Source: Candidatus Microgenomates bacterium (GTDB lineage Bacteria > Patescibacteriota > Microgenomatia > JACQLA01). Taken from it: a DNA stretch of 64,000 nucleotides. This document shows positions 57,001-64,000 of the stretch, in pieces; the first letter of the stretch is position 1; every line of letters begins with the position of its first letter. Both the position numbers and the translations under genes were made by a program. The stretch covers positions 184,088 to 248,087 of the forward strand of contig JACQLA010000003.1 of the NCBI GenBank assembly GCA_016204255.1, written 5' to 3'. The notes under the pieces were generated by a model that worked only from the letters and a program-made list of their open reading frames with translations, was not told the DNA's origin and did not search any database.

Positions 57001-58359
57001 TTACAAATTCCGCCGAAGGAAATCCTTGAGTGCTAACTCATCGGGTATTGGAAGATCGGGATTATTGTAAAGAATCACCCGATGATCAGTGAGTTGCCCA
57101 AGTAGCTCCAAAACCCTTGCTGATGCAAGCATCATCAAGCTCTCCCGAATCGCCGTAAGCGGGGATTTACCGGTTAACTCTGCCACTTCGCGGGCATTAG
57201 CAATTATTTTTTCAAGCTGAGGATCTCTAATATTCTGTCTCCACCAAACTAAGAAACTTTCTAGGGTGTTTAGGCGGCTTGAAGCTGCGTATACAAGTTT
57301 AATTGAGGTCGGAAGACGTAAAAAATCATAAGTTAAATTACGAAAATCTTCCATCTGCCCAACAATATCTATTGGCCCAGATTTTGCCCTTTCAACTTGT
57401 GCAACACTTCCTCCCACAGGAAACTTCCAGAGATCCTCCCAGGAAGAAAACCTATCTAGGCCAAAAAGATAGGTTATCCTGTTAGCCGCAGTAAGAGCTT
57501 CTTGTTTGTTTTTTTTAAGTCTGGCTTCTTGGATTAAGTGTCGGGCAATAACTAAAAGATCAATCATCGGACCCGGCACAACACTAACATGACCCATTCG
57601 TAATCTCTTTCCTTTTATTCCTTTGAAAAAATCTTCCCCTAAATATAAATCCCAAAAAAATCCGGCCCCGTAGTCTCTTGCTGATGCAGGATCCTGATGA
57701 CCACTGGCGGGTAAGTATGTTCCACCTGGCTTATCAACGATAATTAAATGTCGCGGTCCAGATTTTTTGATCAAATCTGCCATTCGCATTCTCATTAAAA
57801 CATTGGTGGAAAAAAGAAATTCCTGGGAATAAGGTTCTCCGTGTATTATTCTTAATGAAAGTAAATTTACGGCCTCCTGTTCAAAATTTTCTTTAAAACT
57901 TTTATGGCCTGGGGTCAGTTCGGGATGTCGAGCCTTGACCATACCAGCAACTAAGCGCTTAAATCCCCAGGAATAAGGCTTACCCTCTTGCATGGCAACA
58001 TGTGTTTTTTCAAGCATTGCTACGAGATTTTTTTCTTGAGTGTCCCAGTGAAGAATGGATATTTTATCAACCGCATCTTCCAATTTTTCAGTAAGGTAAG
58101 GGCGGATTATGCTGTTCGCAAGATAGCTCTTCCCCGATCCCGGGATTCCTTCAACCATGATTATCTGGGGAGAGAAAACTCCGGCGGTCTCCCGAAAATC
58201 TTTGGCGAATTCATCTAAAAAAACCCTTAAATTAGGACTTCCTATATTTCGATAATCTTGATCATGATAATCTTGATAATAATAAACTTGCTTGATGGCT
58301 TCGGCTTTTTGTCCCAACGACTCATGATTACGAGGAATAGGTTTTTCTTTAAATGTCAT
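57001..58359 (-). CDS. P-loop NTPase domain protein of unknown function
   Basis: Walker A VEGIPGSGKSYL at about residue 70. 452 aa. 4-nt overlap with the upstream histidine kinase gene. Confidence 0.4.
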   Translation of the reverse strand: MTFKEKPIPRNHESLGQKAEAIKQVYYYQDYHDQDYRNIGSPNLRVFLDEFAKDFRETAGVFSPQIIMVEGIPGSGKSYLANSIIRPYLTEKLEDAVDKISILHWDTQEKNLVAMLEKTHVAMQEGKPYSWGFKRLVAGMVKARHPELTPGHKSFKENFEQEAVNLLSLRIIHGEPYSQEFLFSTNVLMRMRMADLIKKSGPRHLIIVDKPGGTYLPASGHQDPASARDYGAGFFWDLYLGEDFFKGIKGKRLRMGHVSVVPGPMIDLLVIARHLIQEARLKKNKQEALTAANRITYLFGLDRFSSWEDLWKFPVGGSVAQVERAKSGPIDIVGQMEDFRNLTYDFLRLPTSIKLVYAASSRLNTLESFLVWWRQNIRDPQLEKIIANAREVAELTGKSPLTAIRESLMMLASARVLELLGQLTDHRVILYNNPDLPIPDELALKDFLRRNL

Positions 58360-59552
58360 CGCTGGGATTTTTTCAAGGATCTATGCAATCCGTACTGAGG
58401 TAATTTAATCGTTGCGGTTGTACCTTTTCCGAATTCAGATTGGATCTCAATTTTCCCTTTATGCTCATGAATAATATATTTTGATAAATACAGCCCCAGG
58501 CCCATTCCGGTTTTTTGTCTTCCATGAGCTCCCTGATAAAATTTATCGAAAATATTCGGCAGGTCCTCGCTGGGGATGCCCTGCCCCTGATCTTTGACCG
58601 AAAAAATAAAATAGCCATCGTGGAACTTTAAGGTAGAAATAATTTTTGTTCCATGCGGGGAAAATTTGACGCTATTATTTATTAAGTTAACAATTACCTG
58701 TGTTAACTTATCAGAATCACCTAAAACCCATGCGTTTTTTTTGTCGAGCCGGTCATAAAATTTTACAACATGATTAGTGAATGTCTTCTGATTGCTTACC
58801 AAGGAAGATTTTATAACCTCTTTTAAATCACACTTGGAAAAATCGAATCGCAGTTTTCCGGTACGGATTTGGTGCACCTGTAAAAGCTCGCCGATTAATT
58901 TAGTAAGTCTTTTCTCTTCCCCCAATAAAGTTTTAATATACTCAAGTTTTGGTAATTTTCCTTTCAGAGTTGAGTCTTCTATCAACTGTGAATAAAGGAT
59001 AATTGACGTTAAAGGAGTTTTTAATTCGTGCGCGGCGAGGGAAATAAAAAAGTCCTGATTCTCAATTGATTTTTTCAATTCTTCCGTCAAAATAGCCTTG
59101 TGGATAGCCAATGTGGCTAACGGTTGAAATAGCTTAATAAGTTCAAGCTCTTCTTTGCCAAAGATTTTATCTTTAAAAGACATCAAGGACAAAACGCCGA
59201 TTTTCAACTCATTATAAACAAGGGCAATACTCAAATCGTTTCCAACCCCCAAAGCTCTTAATTGAGGATGGAATTGTTCTAAACTCCTGAGATTTATAAT
59301 GGAAAAATTCCCACCTCGAAAAACTTTAGCGGTGCTTCCATTTTTGCGTGGGATTATTTTGTAAAGAATCGGCGAGGATGTATAAATCCTTTTAAATCCA
59401 TCCCCCTCGGGAATAAAAATGGAGCCATATTTGGCCCCGGAAATCTTCATCGCCTGATGAATAACCTCTTTATATGTTTCCTTAAGACTTAATGGATATA
59501 AAAAGCTTAAAGTAGCTGAATAAATCTTTTCAAACCCGGTTTGAAGCATCAA
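58356..59552 (-). CDS. Cytoplasmic sensor histidine kinase (GAF-like N-terminal domain, HisKA, HATPase_c)
   Basis: H-box LAAHELKTPLTSI. N, G1 and G2 boxes (NLINNSVKFSP, DQGQGIP, GMGLGLYLSK). No TM segments. Confidence 0.8.
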   Translation of the reverse strand: MMLQTGFEKIYSATLSFLYPLSLKETYKEVIHQAMKISGAKYGSIFIPEGDGFKRIYTSSPILYKIIPRKNGSTAKVFRGGNFSIINLRSLEQFHPQLRALGVGNDLSIALVYNELKIGVLSLMSFKDKIFGKEELELIKLFQPLATLAIHKAILTEELKKSIENQDFFISLAAHELKTPLTSIILYSQLIEDSTLKGKLPKLEYIKTLLGEEKRLTKLIGELLQVHQIRTGKLRFDFSKCDLKEVIKSSLVSNQKTFTNHVVKFYDRLDKKNAWVLGDSDKLTQVIVNLINNSVKFSPHGTKIISTLKFHDGYFIFSVKDQGQGIPSEDLPNIFDKFYQGAHGRQKTGMGLGLYLSKYIIHEHKGKIEIQSEFGKGTTATIKLPQYGLHRSLKKSQR

Positions 59553-59659
59553 TATAAAAATTAAACACGAAACTAAGGTGTTTCACCTAAAAATTTTGCT
59601 TTATAAATTGTAACATAGATTGGCGCTTATTTAAACTCATAAAAACTAATAAAAAACGC

Positions 59660-59688
59660 TTGAAAAATTAGCACTCCTGATGTATAAT
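59660..59688 (+). promoter_or_regulatory. Consensus sigma-70 promoter (TTGAAA-17-TATAAT) heading a roughly 270-nt structured leader before hsp20
   Basis: Perfect -10, good -35. The downstream leader contains a long-range helix ggaattaccggccac / gtggccggtaacc. Confidence 0.5.
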
Positions 59689-59962
59689 TGCTAGCGTAGT
59701 CAGGGAATTACCGGCCACGCCTTGCCTTCGATAGCAGCTTTGCTACTAAAGTAGGAAAGGAGAGGTCCAACTTTTCGCCTTAGGAAATGGTTTTTCCTGA
59801 ACCTGAGGATTGTTTTCTTCTTCTTTGTGTGGCCGGTAACCTGGCTACAGTAAATCTTCACTAAATTAAACCACCTCCTTTTTTTGTAACATGGGTTACT
59901 GCTTTTCCGATTATTAACTTCTATATTTAAAGAAAATACTTATTTTAAAAGGAGGTGAAAAA

Positions 59963-60373
59963 ATGGCTTTTGAACTTACTCCCTGGAGATTTCCGGCGAT
60001 TTCTTTTCCTTCCATTTGGGAAGATTTTGAAGAATGGCTCACGCCTCAGGCCGCAAGCGGTCTTTCGGTTTCGGAGGATGAAAAAAATATTTATGTCGAG
60101 GCAGCACTTCCTGGTATTGATCCCAAAGATATTGATATTACCTTTGATAAAGGGGTACTTACCATTAAAGGCGAAGCCAAAGAGGAGGAAAAAAAGAAAA
60201 AATACTATCGCAAAGCCGCACGTTCTTTTTATTACCGGGTTCCGATTCCAAAAGAAATCGATCCCAACGCCGAACCTGAGGCAAATTATAAAAATGGGGT
60301 GATGATGGTAACATTCGCTAAATCAATGTCTCAACCCAAAAAGATTACAGTCAAAACGGAAGGTGGTAAATAA
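59963..60373 (+). CDS. Hsp20/alpha-crystallin small heat-shock protein
   Basis: Alpha-crystallin domain (EDEKNIYVEAALPGIDPKDIDITFDKGVLTIKGE). Strong RBS aaggaggtg. Confidence 0.85.
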   Translation: MAFELTPWRFPAISFPSIWEDFEEWLTPQAASGLSVSEDEKNIYVEAALPGIDPKDIDITFDKGVLTIKGEAKEEEKKKKYYRKAARSFYYRVPIPKEIDPNAEPEANYKNGVMMVTFAKSMSQPKKITVKTEGGK

Positions 60374-60438
60374 ATACGTCTAAAAAACTGATTATCAAGA
60401 CCGGTAAAGCAAGAGAGATTATCGATATCACGGATAAA

Positions 60439-60783
60439 GTGAATGCTTTACTTAAAACACATCCTACAAAAAATGGTTTGTGCCATTTGTTTTTAACTCA
60501 TACCACCGCTGGACTTACAACCGCCTATCTAAATCCCGAATCTGAACTAGATCTGATTGGTGCTTTTGATGTGCCGGTACCAAGATTTAATGAGGTTCAA
60601 TCAAAACACGAGCATACCCATTTTATAAGCCACCTTCCCGACCATATTATTGCCTCTTTCCTTGGAGCATCTTTGGCGATACCGATTAAGCGAGGGAAAC
60701 TTTTACTTGGGGATTTACAAAGAGTTGTTTTGGTGGAGTTAAACGGACCTAAGGAACGCGAAATTATCATGCATTGCTCTTAG
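60439..60783 (+). CDS. YjbQ/UPF0047-family protein (secondary thiamine-phosphate synthase-like). True start probably upstream, near 60376.
   Basis: GLCHLFLTHTTAGLT core. The in-frame upstream sequence SKKLIIKTGKAREIIDITDKVNALL also matches the family N-terminus but has no ATG/GTG/TTG. Confidence 0.65.
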   Translation: MNALLKTHPTKNGLCHLFLTHTTAGLTTAYLNPESELDLIGAFDVPVPRFNEVQSKHEHTHFISHLPDHIIASFLGASLAIPIKRGKLLLGDLQRVVLVELNGPKEREIIMHCS

Positions 60784-60827
60784 ACTAAGAGAATCTTTGA
60801 GGCTTTCCAGCAATTTTTTTAAAAAAA

Positions 60828-61973
60828 TCATGTTCCAATCAAGAATTCAACCACATCCCCGTCTTTCATTTCATAATCCCGGCCTTCGGAGCGCAACCAA
60901 CCTTTTTGCTTAGCCAAAGCAAAAGACCCTGTCTCGATTATTTTTCCATATTCAATCACCTGTGCCCGGATGAACTTTTTCTCAAAATCGGTGTGAATCA
61001 CTCCGGCCGCTTGCGGCGCCAAAGTTCCCTTTTTGATTGTCCAAGCCCGCACCTCTTTTTTACCCGCCGTAAGATAGGAAATCAGACCCAATAAATTGTA
61101 GGCTTTAACGATTAACCGTTCCAAACCGGTTTTCTCTCCGCCAGCTGGCGGACCTAATGATTTTAGATACTCCGATCTTTCCTCATCCGAATAATCCGCC
61201 AGCTCCTCTTCCAACTTCGCGCAAATGGCAACAACGTTGTCATCCTGAGCGAGCGAAGCGAGTCGAAGGATCTCCTCAGCATATTCCTTTTCACCAACAT
61301 TAAAAACATAAAGAATAGGCTTGATACTCAATAGCGGTAAATGTTCAAACCAGTCTTTTAATCGTTCGTCTCGAAGACTCTGAGTAGAATCGAAGGGCTC
61401 GACTTTAAATTTTCCCAAACTTCCGCCGCTATCCAAAGTTTTTTTCAACTCATTTAAAACATCTACTTTTTTAAATTCCAGCGGATCTTTACTGGTTTTG
61501 GCATTTTTTTTCTGACCCGCAATCATTTTTTCCAGAGTCTGCAAATCCGCCAAACCCAATTCTGTTTCAATTGTTTCCCTATCGGCTTTTGGATTCTCAC
61601 TGCCCTCGCGGATCACATTCGGGTCTTCAAAATCGCGCAAAACATGGACAATTGCGTCAACCTCACGGATGTGAGACAAAAACTGATTACCTAAACCCGC
61701 TCCTTTATGTGCCCCTTTAACCAAACCGGCAATATCGACAAACTCAACAACCGCCGGCACAAGCGGCGGTAAACTCTCCATCTTTTCTTCATTTTTAACC
61801 AAACCGGCTAGTTTGTTTAGCCGCTCATCCGGCACGGCGACCACGCCAACATTTGGCTCAACGGTCGCAAAAGGATAATTGGCCGAAAGAGCCACACGCT
61901 TTTTCAAAAGCGCATTAAACAGGGTCGATTTCCCCACATTGGGAAGACCGATAATTCCAACTGATAAACTCAT
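60828..61973 (-). CDS. ychF: Ribosome-binding ATPase YchF (canonical)
   Basis: [38 protein letters not shown], and the TGS domain ..GDVVEFL. 381 aa. Confidence 0.9.
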   Translation of the reverse strand: MSLSVGIIGLPNVGKSTLFNALLKKRVALSANYPFATVEPNVGVVAVPDERLNKLAGLVKNEEKMESLPPLVPAVVEFVDIAGLVKGAHKGAGLGNQFLSHIREVDAIVHVLRDFEDPNVIREGSENPKADRETIETELGLADLQTLEKMIAGQKKNAKTSKDPLEFKKVDVLNELKKTLDSGGSLGKFKVEPFDSTQSLRDERLKDWFEHLPLLSIKPILYVFNVGEKEYAEEILRLASLAQDDNVVAICAKLEEELADYSDEERSEYLKSLGPPAGGEKTGLERLIVKAYNLLGLISYLTAGKKEVRAWTIKKGTLAPQAAGVIHTDFEKKFIRAQVIEYGKIIETGSFALAKQKGWLRSEGRDYEMKDGDVVEFLIGT

Positions 61974-62016
61974 ATTTCACTATATATTATCGCAAATAGG
62001 GTCAGGCAAAGTAAAT

Positions 62017-62050
62017 TAAAAACCTCACCGGGCTTGCGCACTAGGTGAGG
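62017..62050 (-). terminator. Putative intrinsic terminator downstream of the 62112..62702 gene
   Basis: On the minus strand: cctcacc-(14 nt)-ggtgagg followed by TTTTTA. Confidence 0.35.
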
Positions 62051-62111
62051 CGTTTATATTATTATAGACTAACAAATTTCTAAAATCAAATTAGCGTTAC
62101 GTAAGAAAAGC

Positions 62112-62702
62112 CTAGAGAAGCATTAAGAAACCCCCGAATTTCCCTATAAGTAAAAGTATAAAGCTATAATCAAAAAAAGATAGTATTATCAACACCAATG
62201 ATATTCCGAGTAGAGTTCTCAATCTATCCAAACTTTTATCCGGCTTCTCCTCCGCCTTTATAGTATCTAGCTTATTTTTCACCTGTTCCTCGTCTACCTC
62301 TAATAAATGATTTATATTCCCATCTTCAAACGTTTTATTAATCCTGCTAATATTTTCTATCACAATCTCAGAATATACCTTCAACTGTTGATCGAGAGAA
62401 TTTACCTCTTTAGGAATAATCTCTGACAAATGATAAACAGCGTATAATATTGTCAAAAATAGAAAAAATAGGGCTGTATAAGCGAGTGGTTTTGTTTGAA
62501 TAAGGCTGGTATTTAATGTTGGTATTGTAAACGAAGCAATCGCTCCAGCAATTATTGTTATATCTCTTGTCAAACCTCTTATCTGTTTTATTCCCTCTGC
62601 AAGCAAAGGAACAATATCAGAATAAATTTGCCTGTGCAATCCCCAAGTCTCATCCTTATATTCTTTTAGCGTTCTAAATTGTTTATCTGATAAATTAAGC
62701 AT
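62112..62702 (-). CDS. Hypothetical membrane protein (3 TM segments)
   Basis: 196-aa ORF with no recognisable motif. Confidence 0.35.
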   Translation of the reverse strand: MLNLSDKQFRTLKEYKDETWGLHRQIYSDIVPLLAEGIKQIRGLTRDITIIAGAIASFTIPTLNTSLIQTKPLAYTALFFLFLTILYAVYHLSEIIPKEVNSLDQQLKVYSEIVIENISRINKTFEDGNINHLLEVDEEQVKNKLDTIKAEEKPDKSLDRLRTLLGISLVLIILSFFDYSFILLLIGKFGGFLMLL

Positions 62703-62726
62703 AGTCAGACTATTTTCAAGCTAATT

Positions 62727-63233
62727 TTAGGACTTTTGGGAATCATAGTTCTCAAAGATCTCCTTTATGATTTCTTCTATATCTCTGTGTGCCTTATTCA
62801 CCTCATCAAATGTGTTTATGTTGAAGGGTTTAAAAATACCCTTAATATTATGATTGTTGATCCTTTCAATCTGTTTATCAAAAAGTTCGTCAGGAATTCG
62901 GGCTGTTCTATTTCTCCATGCTTCTTTAGCTAAATTTCGATCTCCATCTAGCCAAAACATTTTTGCGCCAAGATGCTGTAATCTTAATAAAAGAAAATCG
63001 TGTGCGATAGGATAAAATCCCCACGTTATTACCGCATCTTTTCCATGGATGTTAATTTCTTGCATTAACTGATCTGGATTAAGACTGGTTTGATGAAACT
63101 GAATAAACTCAGGAGAAGAATTTATTCCTGGATCCTCAAGGTCTATGTGGTAAAAATCATGGGTATCTTTTAGGTGGTTGCCAATTCTTGTTTTACCAGT
63201 TCCTGGAACTCCCGTCAGAAGAATAATTTTCAT
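62727..63233 (-). CDS. Small P-loop NTPase (nucleotide-kinase-like)
   Basis: Walker A LLTGVPGTGKTRIGN at the N-terminus. 168 aa. Confidence 0.5.
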   Translation of the reverse strand: MKIILLTGVPGTGKTRIGNHLKDTHDFYHIDLEDPGINSSPEFIQFHQTSLNPDQLMQEINIHGKDAVITWGFYPIAHDFLLLRLQHLGAKMFWLDGDRNLAKEAWRNRTARIPDELFDKQIERINNHNIKGIFKPFNINTFDEVNKAHRDIEEIIKEIFENYDSQKS

Positions 63234-63316
63234 AGTGCAAATTTTACACTTCAGTTACACTGAATGCAATTACTACAATGGGGGATCAGTAAAGACACAG
63301 CTTTGGGAAATTTCGG

Positions 63317-64000
63317 CTAGTTTTCGAGGAAATTTTTGATAACTTTTACCATGTTTTCAAATTGAATAAAGGGCGTGAGATGGCCTGTTTCATGGAAAAT
63401 ATAAACTTTGGCTTGAGGGTATAATTTTTTAAGCATCCCTTCATCCTTTGCTAGCGGATCATTGTCGGTTTTAAGAATTAATATTTTCCCTCGCCAATTT
63501 TTAAAATCATCCGCGGAAAAGTTTTTTTCTGCTTCCCTCAGGTCCATCCCAATTTTGTAGAAGGATTCCAAGAACTCCCTATTCCAGAAACTGTAGGAAA
63601 GCTCTTTTAAATATTCCCGGCGTCTTTCTAAATTTTCCGGCGTGGAATATTTTTGGTATAGAGATAAAATATTTGCTTTACCTACTTGGAATCGACCTAC
63701 AAATTTCACGGAGAGATACTGTAGTAAATTAAGCGGTAAGATAGGAAGAAAAAAATGTAAAATCTTACCTGGGATGATTACCTTTTTAATAATAGTTGGA
63801 GATTTTGTGCTACCAGAATGAGAAATAATTACCCGGGAAATTAAATCACGATGACGTCTAAGGTAATGCTGGGTCAAAAGGCCACCTAAAGACAAACCAT
63901 AGATAATGATGTTTTTAACTTTTTCTTTTTTAAGAATTTGATCTACATACTCAAAAAATTCTTCTAAACCAGCTAAACCAGAAATATTAATAGCAACTAC
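63317..64000 (-). CDS. Alpha/beta-hydrolase fold protein, 5'-partial (continues beyond window end)
   Basis: The reading frame stays open upstream of the listed TTG start and reads ..KNIIIYGLSLGGLLTQHY (GxSxG nucleophile elbow). The catalytic His region HETGHL lies near the C-terminus. Confidence 0.6.
   Translation of the reverse strand, partial: VVAINISGLAGLEEFFEYVDQILKKEKVKNIIIYGLSLGGLLTQHYLRRHRDLISRVIISHSGSTKSPTIIKKVIIPGKILHFFLPILPLNLLQYLSVKFVGRFQVGKANILSLYQKYSTPENLERRREYLKELSYSFWNREFLESFYKIGMDLREAEKNFSADDFKNWRGKILILKTDNDPLAKDEGMLKKLYPQAKVYIFHETGHLTPFIQFENMVKVIKNFLEN

Noticed and set aside
59700-59860. SRP (4.5S) or 6S RNA candidate in the hsp20 upstream region
   Set aside because: No SRP domain IV consensus (GGUCCGGAAGGAAGCAGCC-like) was found. 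6S cannot be confirmed by eye. Reported only as a structured leader.
59955-60302. 115-aa ORF overlapping hsp20 in another frame
   Set aside because: The Hsp20 frame has clear alpha-crystallin homology and a strong RBS. The alternative is Lys/Arg-rich nonsense.

Overview
This is a low-GC (about 40%), gene-dense bacterial chromosomal segment read in the standard genetic code. The gene content hints at a small-genome Patescibacteria/CPR-like lineage: an H+-pyrophosphatase, two archaeal-type PurP enzymes, many short hypothetical proteins and regulator families amplified into paralogues. That lineage assignment is an inference only.

The window holds these ordinary housekeeping blocks:
- gyrB (5' partial), an H+-pyrophosphatase inserted between gyrB and gyrA, gyrA and folD.
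- A compact minus-strand purine operon: purB, a fused purE-purC gene, a HAD-like hydrolase of unknown role and purD, followed nearby by two paralogous archaeal-type purP genes.
- ruvC-yebC, efp-pepA, a tRNA-Leu(CAA) gene, dnaB, hisS and rpmE.
- An rpsF-ssb-rpsR block and two ychF homologues.

These regions deserve the closest look:
1. A single-gene M23-peptidase cassette bracketed by a perfect 39-bp direct repeat that duplicates the 3' end of the adjacent tyrosine-recombinase gene. It is followed by hypothetical genes, an orphan OmpR-type winged-helix protein and a 1.46-kb ORF-free AT-rich stretch. Together these look like an islet.
2. The purine cluster itself, with the embedded HAD-like enzyme, the PurE-PurC fusion and a 170-nt nested palindromic element between the two purP genes.
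3. Amplified regulator families: three tandem LuxR-type double-HTH proteins, two tandem RpoD-like sigma factors, and an ECF sigma abutting a protein that carries only sigma region 4.
4. Translation-factor oddities: an RF1 lacking domain 1, and a divergent YchF paralogue with a Walker-A Lys-to-Arg change.
5. Candidate non-coding elements. A strong promoter nearly identical to the tRNA-Leu promoter drives a roughly 140-nt terminator-ended transcript upstream of a hisC-like gene and hisS. A 270-nt structured leader with a consensus promoter precedes hsp20. A GC-rich structured island lies upstream of the LuxR-like genes.

No CRISPR array and no rRNA were found. One tRNA was found.
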